A model generated the notes under the pieces. That model saw nothing but the letters and a program-made list of their open reading frames with translations. It was not told where the DNA came from and did no database searches. Of a stretch of DNA of 64,000 bases, positions 46,648 to 58,017 are shown piece after piece. A program made the translations under genes and the position numbers. The stretch spans positions 16,721-80,720 of the forward strand of contig JAPDJP010000015.1 of NCBI GenBank assembly GCA_029259055.1, written 5' to 3'. Position 1 is the stretch's first letter. Each line of letters opens with the position of its first letter. The DNA is from Thermoplasmatota archaeon (GTDB taxonomy: Archaea; Thermoplasmatota; E2; UBA202; JdFR-43).

Positions 46648-49600
46648 AAAAAGATATGTATTGCATGATTTTATTATTTTGGGAGGAAATTATCTCTTCC
46701 TTTTAAGATATAATGCAATTGATGCAATAGCTACCATCGCCAATATAAATTCAAATCCAGGTGTTTTCTTTTTATTTCCTACTTTTATTGTAATTTCCGC
46801 TATCGATGATTCATTATTGTTATCCCAACAGCAAGCATATATAGTGTGTTCCCCATCTTTCAATTGCTTTGTATCTAAAGTATGATTCCATAATGTGGAA
46901 ATATTTATGAATATCCATTCCCCATCATCTATTTTAATTGCTATTTTAGATATTGTTTCATTCCCATCTTCATCCCAAGCCTTTCCTTTTATTGTTATTA
47001 TTCCCTTTACTTTGCTACCACCTTTTGGTTCCAGAATTTCTATAGAGGGTTTATGATTATTGAAAACATTTACTGTAACTGAAACAATTTCAGAATATAA
47101 CTCGCCATCGTATGCCCGCACATAAATGGTATGATTTCCATTTATAACGTTCGTTGTATTCCACACATATTGCCATGTTGTTATTCCTTCTGCAGTTATC
47201 CACTCTCCATTATCAATTTTAACCTCCACGCTCACAATAGTATCATTTCCATCTTCATCCCAAGCTTCTCCTTGTATGGTTAATGTTCCTGAAACTGTTA
47301 TTTCTTCACTTGGATATTGTATTGTAACAACTGGAGGATGATTTTCTGGTTGTGGATGTGGTGGAGAGATTTTCGCAACTACGATTTTTTCTTTAGTAGA
47401 ATTTACTCTCCCATATTCATCTATAGCATGGATTATGTAATGCAAAGGTTCGCTACGGTTAATTTGGATAGTGCAATACCAATTTTCTCCTATTTTATTC
47501 ATGCTCTTATTAAAATGTTCGGTTTGATTATACCAATACTCTACATAAGCAGTTACATTCCATATACTCAAAATAGTGGCATTAAAGGTAAATTGCTCTC
47601 CAAGTAAGGCTTCATTGCTGGTATAATCCTCTATTATGGGTGGGAGAATAACTGATACATTTGAAAAATTAGATGGTTCGATAATTTCATCAATATTATT
47701 ATCTCCATCATAATCTGCTGATAATAAAAGACTCTCTATCTCCTTACTGTTCAGGCTAGCTTGGATTTTGGTTTCTGGCCAAAACTGTTATATTCTCAAA
47801 AGATGCCATATTTACATATCCGCCATCCTCTTGAGAAATAACCCGAATTGAAAGATTGCCAAAATCATAACTCTCTATATCTACAGAATATGTAAGATTT
47901 TCTGGTAGTAAAAATATTTTAGTATCGTTTATTCTGAAACATTCTGCATAAGGGATCTCATTAATTCCTCCATCTGTGATTATTCTACCGTATTCGTCTC
48001 TAATGGTTGCATTTACAGGACATAATATTGATAAAATTATTCTCTCAGTCATAGTCAAAGGCACAGGTAATGATACTCCAAAGCTGTTAACATCATAGTG
48101 GGGAGAGTAAATCTCTTTTGATGTAGCGTTATACCAAATCACTCCCTTCGTTATCGAGGATATAAATGTTTTGATTGAATCATTTGGGGAATATGGATAA
48201 TTATTATCATAGCACAATAAATAGTACACATCTCCTTTTTTAACGACTTTATAAACTACAACAGCATGACCCACCCAACCCAATCTCAGGGAAAGAATAG
48301 ATGGTATATTTTTAGAAAGGTACTGTTTCAATTTCATCAACTCATCATCTTCATTTGAAAGAGTTGATAATATTCCCGCAGCCGTATTATCGATCCTAGA
48401 TTGATGTAGAAAAATTCTCTCAAGAACGTCCTTTCTAGAAATTGATAAAGAGTAAGTATTGTTAAATGGTTGAGGAGGTTTTTCGAAAGGTATCTGATCT
48501 TTTAGATAGTTATAATATAGTATAGCTGTGCTACTCATCCCATAACAATTTCCCATAATTTGAGTTAAAGGCATAGACGAAGGAGAAAATATTCTTTTTA
48601 AAATTTCCATTGAAAAAACCAAACCCAAGTTTTTAGCCAACTCGGTAGCTTCACTATTTGAAAAACTATATCCATCCTTGCTGATGTCAAAATCCGTTGA
48701 TATAATTTCCCAATCACCAATTAATTTAATTGGCAACATTATTTTATCTCCCGTTAATTTATCTGTTATATTTATATAGAACTCCCTAATCGACGATTGA
48801 GTAGGTTTTAAATCAAAAAATAATCCTATAAGCATCCCACTATTATCGCCCCCCCAATAAGAAACTGTATCTATTTTTGTATAAGAAGGTGCTTCAATCA
48901 CTATTTGTTCATTATCTGTAAACCCGTAACCAAAACAAAGTGGATTATCAGAATTTGAATGATAAAGTATAACTGTATCAGATTTGGTTTTATCATTTTG
49001 AGAAATAGCTGTTACTTGAATATCATCCGAAGGATCTGTCAATTCATTCACTTTTACATATACAAAAATTTTTTTGCTTTCATTGGGATCTAAAGTTACT
49101 TCGGTTTCTGATAAAAATACCTCTAGATTGGCAGGCGCACTAACATTTAATAAGATTGTATCCTCTACATTACCTCCATTCTTTATCTCGACTGCATAAG
49201 TTAAATTAACCTGATCTGTAGAAGCTATCTCAACAGGAGCATTAGGCGGGATAGAAAGTATGGGTTGATAGAGCATACCATACGGAGTGGTATAATAGGG
49301 CGCATATTTTACATTTTGGGAAACAGCATCCCCTTTGCCCGATCCATAACCTGAGGGACCATCATCTGATCCCCAATAATTATAACTCGCATTGATAACA
49401 TACTGTGGTTCTATGTTATAATTATAGCACCCATATAATGAGTTGAAATAAATATTACAATGCATCACTTGTATATTTTCAGATTCCCAGAACCATGTAG
49501 CATTTTTATTTTTATATAAGTTACAGTAATTTATAGAAGCTTCTCTCAATGATCGCGCCCAAATACCATTTTCATTACTTTCATAAATATTACAATGCAT

Positions 49601-49846
49601 CACTTGTATATTTTCAGATTCCCAGAACCATATCCCATTTTTATTATTATGAATGTTACAATTTAAGATAGTAATATAATAAGAATAGAATACCGTAATT
49701 CCATTAAATGATGATAAAATGTTACAATCTGAAATTGAGATATTATTTGCTCCGTTTATTTTAATAGATGAATATTGAGGATATGAATTTATTATTTTGA
49801 AATTGGTTATTTTTACATTACTTGTTTCTATGAGGATACCATCTCC

Positions 49847-51015
49847 TTTATTCCCTCCATCTATTAATGTCGTTTCTTTATTTTCTCCCACAAGGGTTAT
49901 GCTTTTGTCTATTACAATGTTTTCATAATATGTTCCACTATAAACGAAAATTGTATCTCCATCACTTGCAGCATCTATTGCATCTTGGATTTTGCTATAA
50001 TTATTGGGTCCTGTTCCACCAACATATAAAATTTTGCCTGATAAACCAGCATATATGACTACTTCATCACTTGCACTTGCTCCATCATTGTCATATACAG
50101 TAAGCTTTGCAGTATATGTTCCAGCATTATTGTATGCATGCTCCAAAGTGTTAGGTGGGTTTCCATCTCCGTTATATTCAGCCACACCATCATTATCCAC
50201 ATCTAATTCCCACGATGCTATGCTTCCATCACTATCACTTGCTGACATGTAAAATGTAACAGTAAGAGGAATATTACCAGATGTTGGAGATGCTGATAAG
50301 GAACAGAGAGGAGGGATATTTCCTCCATGCCATCCTGCATCTGGATTTGGCTCTGTAAGCCATGGCTCAAAAATAACATTATCGCTTACATTATCTCCCT
50401 TTCCATCTGGATTCAATGTAGGATGATATGGTCCGCTTGCATCTCCCCACCAGTTATATGAGGCGTTTACAGTGGAATAGGATGTTGTTGTAATCGGGAG
50501 AAGAAACATCGATTCCATCATAGCTGCAGTTTTGGATATTGCAGTTGGTGATTGTGATGTTGCTATAATCGGAGTGCCACGCATAGATTCCATCATAGCT
50601 GCAGTTTTGGATATTGCAGTTGGTGATTGTGATGTTGCTATAATCACCACCAACATCGATTCCATCATAGCTGCAGTTTTGGATATTGCAGTTGGTGATT
50701 GTGATGTTGCTGTTGCAGGTATCCCAACTTACGTAAATACCAGAATAGTATCCTCGCGTTATTCTAAAGTTTTCTATCTTTATTGTCGTTTCATTTTTTG
50801 TTATGCTTATAACATCTCTTTTATTCCCTCCATCTATTGATGTCGTTTCTTTATTTTCTCCCACAAGGGTTATGCTTTTGTCTATTACAATGTTTTCATA
50901 ATATGTCCCACTATAAACAAAAATTGTATCTCCGTCATTGGCAGCATCTATTGCATCTTGGATTTTGCTGTAGTTATTTGGTCCTGTTCCGCCAACATAT
51001 AGAATTTTGCCTGAT
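49847..51015. repeat. ~196-bp intragenic duplication (49847-50042 and 50820-51015)
   Basis: Both encode SGKILYVGGTGPNNYSKIQDAIDAA.DGDTIFVYSGTYYENIVIDKSITLVGENKETT.IDGGNK. Confidence 0.9.
50511..50711. repeat. Three identical 54-bp coding repeats (50511, 50586, 50658) with 21- and 18-bp spacers
   Basis: GATTCCATCATAGCTGCAGTTTTGGATATTGCAGTTGGTGATTGTGATGTTGCT three times; encodes SNITITNCNIQNCSYDGI on the minus strand. Confidence 0.93.
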
Positions 51016-51374
51016 GGGGATGATGAGGATAATGGAGGAAGACTTGTGAATGATGCTAATCCTTCATTTATTTTTCCTTCTTCTACTTCATTTCCTTTTT
51101 CTTCTTCCGCTTCTGCCTTCCATTCATTTTCATTTCCTATCATTCCAACAAAAATATTTCCAATCAAAATTGCCAGTATGAAAAGAGATGTTGCCCTTTT
51201 CATGTTTTTACCTCCTTCCCTGCATTATGTATAATTATGTATTTATTGTGCAAATTAAAAATTTATGAGGTATGCAATAGCATATTCGGAGAAAAGAAAT
51301 AAAAAGTCATAAAAAGATCAAGTCATTTTATCAAGATAAGCAGAAAGTTTTTCATCTGATGCAAGATTTACATT

Positions 51375-52154
51375 GTGCAAATAAAAGTTGGGGACATAGA
51401 TAAAGATAAATATAGCAGGCTTAAGTTATATAAATGGTTTGATTTAGATTTAGAGAAAGTAAGAAAAACAAAGATTTTGGTTGTAGGAGCTGGAGCTTTA
51501 GGAAACGAAGTTTGCAAAAATTTGGTTTTAAGTGGCTATAAAAATATAACAATTGTTGATATGGATATAATTGTAAAATCCAATTTGAACAGATGCATTT
51601 TCTTTAGTGATGAAGATGCTGAAAAAAAGCGATATAAAGCAGAAGCTATAGCAGAAAAGTTAAAAATGTTTGATAAAAAGCTGAATATAGAATATTATAT
51701 CGAGGAAATAGAGAAATTGGAAGTAATCGAAAAAAATGACATTGTTTTGGGATGCGTTGATAACGTTAAAGCCCGCCTCCACATAAATGCTCACTGCTAT
51801 TATAACAAAATCCCTTATATAGATGGTGCTACACACGGACAAATAGGAAAAGTTCAGGTTATTCTGCCCCCATTTACAAGTTGTTTAGAATGTGGAATGA
51901 ATTCTACGCATTCAAAAATTTTGCAATTGCGTTTTAGTTGCACTGGAAAAGATGTAAAATTTTTTGAACCAAAAATTGCAGCAGACGTTAATACAACGAG
52001 TATAATAGCTGCTATACAAGTGCAAGAAGCATTAAAAATAACACATGGAATGGACAATTATATAAAAAACATTTTTTATTATGATGGAGCAAGAAATTTT
52101 GCAGATATTTTCGAACTGCCTATAAATCCAGATTGCCCCAACCATGAAATATAA
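51375..52154 (+). CDS. ThiF/MoeB/E1-family adenylyltransferase
   Basis: YSR, ILVVGAGALG, DMD.I..SNLNR, KAE, GCVDN..AR, CLEC plus C-terminal CPNH Zn ligands. Confidence 0.88.
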   Translation: MQIKVGDIDKDKYSRLKLYKWFDLDLEKVRKTKILVVGAGALGNEVCKNLVLSGYKNITIVDMDIIVKSNLNRCIFFSDEDAEKKRYKAEAIAEKLKMFDKKLNIEYYIEEIEKLEVIEKNDIVLGCVDNVKARLHINAHCYYNKIPYIDGATHGQIGKVQVILPPFTSCLECGMNSTHSKILQLRFSCTGKDVKFFEPKIAADVNTTSIIAAIQVQEALKITHGMDNYIKNIFYYDGARNFADIFELPINPDCPNHEI

Positions 52155-53304
52155 GAAAATTATAAATGATAAAGAAGTAATCTTCATTCTGTACAATGTT
52201 ATTGAAGTAAGGATTCCTAAAAAGATTTATAACTCGTTAAAACAAACTGATGAGGAAATAATAACATTTTGTCCATACAAAAATATATATAATGCTATAA
52301 CAAAAAGAAGATTGTATTACATAACGGAAGAAAGTCAGATACCTCTAATTGGACATACAGCTTTTGGAATAATAGATAGAGGAACAAATTTAATACAAGT
52401 TCGTCCTTGTACAGGTTGCAATTTAAACTGTATTTTTTGCTCAGTTGACGAAGGGAAAAGCAAAACAAGAGTAACAGATTATATGGTTGATTTAGAATAT
52501 CTGGTAAATGAATTTGAAAAAGTTGCGGATTTTAAAAGAAAACATTGTAAAGATGTAACAATAGAAGCCCACATAGATGGACAGGGAGAACCCTTTATAT
52601 ATCCATACATAGAAAAATTGATAAAAAAATTGCATGATAAAGCGGATATCGTTTCAGTACAAACGAACGGAACATTACTCACAAAAGATATGGTTAGAAG
52701 ATTGGAAGGATATCTGGATAGAATAAATTTATCAATAAATAGTATGGATGAAAATATGGCTAAATTGTTAGCAGGCGTTAATACATATGATTTGAAGCAT
52801 GTTTTAGATGTTGCAGAAGAAATTGCCGTAAGCCAAATAGATTTGTTGCTTGCGCCCGTTTGGGTGCCTGGTTATAATGACGAGGATATCAGAAAAATAG
52901 TTGAATTTGGGAAAAAAATTGGAGCTGGTAAAAAATGGAAAGGATTTGGTATTCAAAAGTATGTAAAGTATAAATTTGGGAGGAAGCCAAAAAATGTTAG
53001 GGTAATGAATTTCAAAGCATTTTATAGGAAGTTGTATGAGATTGGCGAGGAATATAATGAGGAGTTAAGGTTATATCCAAAAGATTTTGGGATAATAAAA
53101 TGTAAATCTTTGCCAAAAAAATTTAGGGTGGGCGAGAAATTGAAGCTGAAAATTGAGATGCATGGTAGGCTAAAAAATGAGATGCTTGCTATAGCTAGAG
53201 ATAGAATCATACAAATTACAGATACAAATAAAAAAGTAGGGGATATAGTGAATGTAAAAATAATAAGGAACAAACATAATATATATGTGGCGGAAGAAAT
53301 ATAA
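52144..53304 (+). CDS. Radical SAM protein with C-terminal TRAM-like domain
   Basis: GIIDRGTNLIQVRP, CNLNCIFC (CxxxCxxC), HIDGQGEP, QTNG; C-terminal KVGDIVNVKIIRNKHNIYVA. Confidence 0.85.
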   Translation: MKYKKIINDKEVIFILYNVIEVRIPKKIYNSLKQTDEEIITFCPYKNIYNAITKRRLYYITEESQIPLIGHTAFGIIDRGTNLIQVRPCTGCNLNCIFCSVDEGKSKTRVTDYMVDLEYLVNEFEKVADFKRKHCKDVTIEAHIDGQGEPFIYPYIEKLIKKLHDKADIVSVQTNGTLLTKDMVRRLEGYLDRINLSINSMDENMAKLLAGVNTYDLKHVLDVAEEIAVSQIDLLLAPVWVPGYNDEDIRKIVEFGKKIGAGKKWKGFGIQKYVKYKFGRKPKNVRVMNFKAFYRKLYEIGEEYNEELRLYPKDFGIIKCKSLPKKFRVGEKLKLKIEMHGRLKNEMLAIARDRIIQITDTNKKVGDIVNVKIIRNKHNIYVAEEI

Positions 53305-55020
53305 TCATTTAAAAACAATTACAGGACATTCATACATACATTCCAGACAATGTTTACATTTATCGCTAATAAACGCTTTTCCATTTTTTATATAGATTGC
53401 ATCGCATTTGGTAACGCATACCCCACATCCAACACAATTTATTGCTCTATATACAAGATCTTTTACAATTTCTTCCTTATCACTGGCTTTTATTTCCTTT
53501 AAAATTTCAATTTTTATACCATTAACTTCATATTTTCCCGTATTGACTTTTCTCACTTTACCCAATATTTTTAAAAAGTTCTCTATCCTGTGTTCATTTC
53601 CTTTAGTTATATATTCTCTTTCCTCCTTTATTTCGTATTTTATATTACTCCATTTTGGCGGGTTCCTCCATCTCCATAACCCCAAATCAATCCATTCTTT
53701 CGGCAAATTATGTTTAATAGAAAATTCTCTAAGTTTTCCTTCAAATTTTTCCCAATCCTTATGTCTCTTTAATTCAAATTCAGCCATGTTACAGGCTGGA
53801 CAGAGCCAGCAACCTATTCTGTAAAATCCTTCTTCATATAATTTATTCCATTTTGCCTTCTTTAAAAAAAGGTATAACCATACATGTAAGGCAGTCCAAT
53901 TCTGAATAGGAGAGACAGCAATCTGTCCATGAACCCATGGATTTTTCCATATTTTGCCATGTTCCGCTCTCTTTTCAGATTCATATCTCCTTTGACCAAT
54001 AAAAGATAAAATTCCGTTTGGAAACTCTCTCTTTATTAATTTTGCTATAACCCCTAGTTTACAAGTTTTACAACACCACCTATAATCTTTGGCTGGCGGA
54101 CCAAAAAAATCTATGCTCCTCCAAAATATATCACCAGCTTTTTCTTCTAATAGATTTAAGTTATATTTTCCAGCAACTTCATATACATGCTCAATGGTTT
54201 CTTCAAATTCAAGGCCAGTATCCGCAAAAATCATGGGTAATTCATAACCAGCATCTAAAAGTAAAAGAAGGGTGGCTAAGCTATCTTTCCCTCCACTAAA
54301 TGAAATGGCAGGCTTTAAGTTGTATTTACTCATTACTTCATCTATAAATTTTATCTCCTTACCCACCATACTTAAAATAACATCTTTATTTGCATCAATA
54401 ACATCCTTCCAACTTATTCCTTTATTCTTTTCTGCATCTTCATACCCCCTCCACCTTATTTTTACAGCAACACCTCTATTTTTCATTTCATTGCCATCCA
54501 TCTTTGCTTTTCCTGTTGCTACAACTCTTCCATCTTCATCCAAAACTATTACTTCATCGCCAGCTTTTATCTCCTCGCTCGCCTCCTTTACGCCGGGTGC
54601 CATCAGATTTGAGCTTTTTAGGATGGAAGGAATTGCTCCTTTATCAGCAACAACATATCCTCTTTTTATGTTAAGTAAAGATGCATACCAAGGACGAGGC
54701 TGGAATTTATAAGTTTTAGTCCATATATCATAAAATAGATTGCCAGCAACTTTTCCATCTATGATTACCTCATCATTTTTATCTATTGCTGGCAAATTAT
54801 TTAATAAAATAACATTTGGTAAATAAGAAGAACCAAATTGTTTTTCTATAACTTTTTTGAGTAAATTTATATCGTATTTAAAAGCTGGTCTTATATCTCC
54901 TGGAGGAGTTATATTAACTTTCCTAGCAACATTTCCGCATTTACATCTATTTTTAAGTAAAGGCAAATTACATGCATCGCAATGATGTAATACAAGTTTC
55001 CCTAATCTAATCACACTCAT
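53305..55020 (-). CDS. PAPS-reductase/PP-loop family protein with Zn ribbon, PUA and C-terminal 4Fe-4S domains
   Basis: C..CN.P...C.C; VADKGA...N.MAPGV (PUA); SFSGGKDS; RWCCKTCK; GQRRYES; RIGCWLCP; CVGCGVC and CKHCLEC. Confidence 0.85.
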   Translation of the reverse strand: MSVIRLGKLVLHHCDACNLPLLKNRCKCGNVARKVNITPPGDIRPAFKYDINLLKKVIEKQFGSSYLPNVILLNNLPAIDKNDEVIIDGKVAGNLFYDIWTKTYKFQPRPWYASLLNIKRGYVVADKGAIPSILKSSNLMAPGVKEASEEIKAGDEVIVLDEDGRVVATGKAKMDGNEMKNRGVAVKIRWRGYEDAEKNKGISWKDVIDANKDVILSMVGKEIKFIDEVMSKYNLKPAISFSGGKDSLATLLLLLDAGYELPMIFADTGLEFEETIEHVYEVAGKYNLNLLEEKAGDIFWRSIDFFGPPAKDYRWCCKTCKLGVIAKLIKREFPNGILSFIGQRRYESEKRAEHGKIWKNPWVHGQIAVSPIQNWTALHVWLYLFLKKAKWNKLYEEGFYRIGCWLCPACNMAEFELKRHKDWEKFEGKLREFSIKHNLPKEWIDLGLWRWRNPPKWSNIKYEIKEEREYITKGNEHRIENFLKILGKVRKVNTGKYEVNGIKIEILKEIKASDKEEIVKDLVYRAINCVGCGVCVTKCDAIYIKNGKAFISDKCKHCLECMYECPVIVFK

Positions 55021-55055
55021 ATATTCTCTTTTGTTATTTTTATTTGATGCTATTT

Positions 55056-55379
55056 TTATTTGACGCTAAGAACCAACAATATTGCTAAAGCAAGCGTTTC
55101 AAATAAATGGGGAACAAAAGGATAGAAGAAAATCATTATCTTTTGCACAAATAAAACACCTATGAAGAAAACCAAGCCTAAAGTGAAAGATGATTTTGTT
55201 TTTAGATAGCTGTTTAAATAGATAATGAGTAAGGTGAGCAAAAGCGCAATATTTAATATGATGGAAATGACATATAGAAGTTTAAAAGCTGGTCTATTAA
55301 ATCTCGCTAATCCTTCAGCATTTGCCGAAATAAAGGATGAAAGAAGTAACCCAACCACTATAAATACTACCCATTTCAT
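55056..55379 (-). CDS. Small membrane protein (3-4 TM)
   Basis: Hydrophobic; Y..Y...KSSFTLGL..F motif common downstream of archaeal ArsR-type genes. Confidence 0.7.
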   Translation of the reverse strand: MKWVVFIVVGLLLSSFISANAEGLARFNRPAFKLLYVISIILNIALLLTLLIIYLNSYLKTKSSFTLGLVFFIGVLFVQKIMIFFYPFVPHLFETLALAILLVLSVK

Positions 55380-55380
55380 G

Positions 55381-55695
55381 TTATCTCATCTCCTTTTTCT
55401 TTATTTTATTTTTCCCAATTTTATCCCAAATCTCATAAAAATATTTCATATTTTGCTCAAGCAATTCTGATATAAAATAAACTTTTGCATATCCTTCCCC
55501 CATAGATGTGACGAGGCTATTTTTTTCTAAAATTTTTAAATGATGTCTTACTGTTTTATAATCCAAATCCAGCTCCTTAGCCAGTTCATTTGCATTCATC
55601 GGTTTATTTGCCAGAATCTCAATTATTCTACCTCTATTAATTCCCCCCACGGTACCCGCCAGGAGCCACCACAATATCTTCTTAATAGGATTCAA
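55381..55695 (-). CDS. ArsR-family winged-helix transcriptional regulator
   Basis: LWWLLAGTVGG.NRGRII..L...PMNANELAKELDLDYKTVRHHLKILE. Confidence 0.87.
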   Translation of the reverse strand: MNPIKKILWWLLAGTVGGINRGRIIEILANKPMNANELAKELDLDYKTVRHHLKILEKNSLVTSMGEGYAKVYFISELLEQNMKYFYEIWDKIGKNKIKKKEMR

Positions 55696-55779
55696 TGATA
55701 AAAATGAAGAAATAGCTTATAATTTTTATTTATAATTCTGACAAGCGATAATTCTTTTAATCGCTTTTTTATTATATTT

Positions 55780-57372
55780 ATGCCAAAATACATTATTGTA
55801 ACAGGCGGAGTATTGTCAGGATTAGGAAAAGGAATAATAACATCCTCGATTGGTTTTTTATTGAAGAAGAGAGATTACAATATAACAGCAATAAAAATAG
55901 ACCCTTACTTGAATTGTGATGCTGGAACAATGAATCCTTTCCAGCATGGAGAAGTATTTGTGTTAGATGATGGGGGGGAAGTTGATTTAGATTTGGGAAA
56001 TTATGAAAGATTTTTAGATGTGAATTTGACTAGGGAAAATAACATAACTACTGGCAAAGTTTATAAAAATGTTATTGAAAAGGAAAGAAGAGGAGATTAT
56101 TTGGGGAAGACTGTTCAAATTGTTCCACATATAACGGACGAAATAAAAAATTGGATAAGAAGGGTTGCTGAAGGACATGATATATGTATTGTAGAAATAG
56201 GAGGAACTGTTGGAGACATTGAATCAATGCCATTTTTAGAAGCGGTAAGGCAATTATATTTAGAGGAGGGAGAAGGAAATGTTGTTTTTGTTCATACTAC
56301 ATTGGTTCCAATATTAAAAGTTGTTGGTGAACAAAAAACGAAACCCACACAGCATAGCGTAAAGGAATTGAGAGCAATAGGTATAACTCCTCATATCATA
56401 GTTGGAAGATGCAACGAGCCATTGAAAAAGGAAACTAAAGAAAAAATATCTTTATTTTGCAATGTTCCACATGAAGCAGTATTTTCCTCGCCAGATGTTG
56501 AAAGCATATATGAGATTCCTCTTATCCTTGAAAAACAAGGAATAACAAAATATATACTCAAAAAGTTAAATCTCCCCTATAAAGATGCAAATTTAAAAGA
56601 ATGGGAAGATTTCGTCGAAAGAATAAAGAAGGGAAGGAAAAAGATAAATATTGCAATGGTTGGAAAATATACTGCATTAGGGGATTCATATTTAAGTATA
56701 CTTGAAGCATTTAGACATGCTTCGGCGGAATTAGATGCTAAAGTAAATGTTGTATGGATTGAAGCAGAGGATTTGGAAACAAATGGAATAGAGAGATTGG
56801 AAAAAGTAGATGCTATTCTTGTTCCAGGAGGATTCGGAGAAAGAGGAGTGGAAGGAAAAATAAGAGCAATAGGATATGCAAGAGAAAATAAAATACCATT
56901 TCTAGGAATTTGCTTTGGCTTTCAGCTTTCTGTAGTTGAGTATGGAAGAAATGTTATTGGCTTGGATTGCCATTCAACAGAAATTAAAGCTAACACACCT
57001 CATCCAATAATAACGATTTTGCCAGAACAATATGGAATAAAGCAATTAGGAGGAACAATGAGGCTGGGCGCGCAACCAATCATAATTAAGGAAGGAACTT
57101 TAGCATACAGCTTGTACAAAAAGAAAAAAATTTACGAAAGGCACCGCCATAGATATGAAGTAAATCCAGAATATATTGACTTATTAGAAAAAAATGGATT
57201 AGTTTTTTCAGGAATAGCAGAAGATAAAATTAGAATGGAAATACTTGAGCTTCCAGAACATCCATATTTTATTGCATCACAATTTCACCCCGAATTTAAA
57301 TCACGCCCATTAAAGCCAGCTCCACTGTTTTATGGATTTATAAAATCTGCTATAGAAAAGAAATATGGATAA
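55780..57372 (+). CDS. pyrG: CTP synthase
   Basis: [64 protein letters not shown]. Confidence 0.98.
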   Translation: MPKYIIVTGGVLSGLGKGIITSSIGFLLKKRDYNITAIKIDPYLNCDAGTMNPFQHGEVFVLDDGGEVDLDLGNYERFLDVNLTRENNITTGKVYKNVIEKERRGDYLGKTVQIVPHITDEIKNWIRRVAEGHDICIVEIGGTVGDIESMPFLEAVRQLYLEEGEGNVVFVHTTLVPILKVVGEQKTKPTQHSVKELRAIGITPHIIVGRCNEPLKKETKEKISLFCNVPHEAVFSSPDVESIYEIPLILEKQGITKYILKKLNLPYKDANLKEWEDFVERIKKGRKKINIAMVGKYTALGDSYLSILEAFRHASAELDAKVNVVWIEAEDLETNGIERLEKVDAILVPGGFGERGVEGKIRAIGYARENKIPFLGICFGFQLSVVEYGRNVIGLDCHSTEIKANTPHPIITILPEQYGIKQLGGTMRLGAQPIIIKEGTLAYSLYKKKKIYERHRHRYEVNPEYIDLLEKNGLVFSGIAEDKIRMEILELPEHPYFIASQFHPEFKSRPLKPAPLFYGFIKSAIEKKYG

Positions 57373-58012
57373 AATGTATAGGTTAATAATATTTGATATG
57401 GATGGAACATTGCTCAAAGAGAGGACAATATTTAGAATAGCAAAAGAGAAAGGATTTTTAGAAAAACTTATCTCAATTATGGAAGAAAAAATTAAGCCAT
57501 ATGAAAAAACAATATTGATAGCGAAATTGCTTAAATGCATGGATATTGAAGAATTAATCAAAATTTTTAGAAAAATTCCATTAAATGAAGGCGCAGAATT
57601 TGTTATAAAAAAACTTAAGGAAAAAGGAATTAAAATTGCAATTGCAACAGATAGCTACCAAATCTTCGCCTTAGATTTGAAAAAGAGATTGGGAATAGAT
57701 TTCGTATTTTCCAATGAATTGGTGGTGAAGGATGGGCATGTAACCGGAGAAATAAAAATATGCAATAATGAGCCAAAATTCATTAATTGCAAGCAACATT
57801 CTATATGTAAGAAAGAAATTTTAAACGAATTGTGTAAAAAATTAGGGATAAGAAAGGAAGAAACAATTGCTGTTGGGGATGGTGAAATAGATATATGCAT
57901 GATAAAAGAAGCGGGATTGGGAATTGCTTTTAATGGAAATGAAAAAGTAATAAAAAATGCAGATGTTAAAATAGAAAATCTAGCGGAAATATTAAAATAT
58001 GTTGTGGATTGA
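57365..58012 (+). CDS. HAD-IB phosphatase (SerB-like)
   Basis: FDMDGTL, motif II ATDS, K, GDGEID..M...GLGIAFN. Confidence 0.85.
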   Translation: MDKMYRLIIFDMDGTLLKERTIFRIAKEKGFLEKLISIMEEKIKPYEKTILIAKLLKCMDIEELIKIFRKIPLNEGAEFVIKKLKEKGIKIAIATDSYQIFALDLKKRLGIDFVFSNELVVKDGHVTGEIKICNNEPKFINCKQHSICKKEILNELCKKLGIRKEETIAVGDGEIDICMIKEAGLGIAFNGNEKVIKNADVKIENLAEILKYVVD

Positions 58013-58017
58013 TAATT

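Larger units (their letters stand above)
46690..51203 (-). pseudogene. Single large surface gene (2 NosD beta-helix blocks, PKD, cysteine-peptidase-like domain, Ig-like domains, PGF-CTERM) split by two frameshifts near 50470 and 47780
   Basis: ORFs 51203-50454, 50668-47756 and 47571-46690 join into one reading; duplicated blocks lie 973 nt apart (not a multiple of 3); removing one base in GTTTTGGCCAGAA opens VLPETKIQ...DYDGDNNIDE...NATILSIW into the last ORF; ends TPGFE-TM-KRKR. Confidence 0.8.

Noticed and set aside
50480-50668. N-terminus of ORF-track protein 47756-50668 (MMESM...ATSQSPTAISKTAA repeats)
   Set aside because: Wrong-frame reading of the beta-helix repeats upstream of the frameshift
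50511-50711. CRISPR-like repeat-spacer pattern
   Set aside because: Repeats are 54 bp, spacers only 18-21 bp and partly similar, periods are multiples of 3, the unit encodes beta-helix rungs, and no cas genes are present
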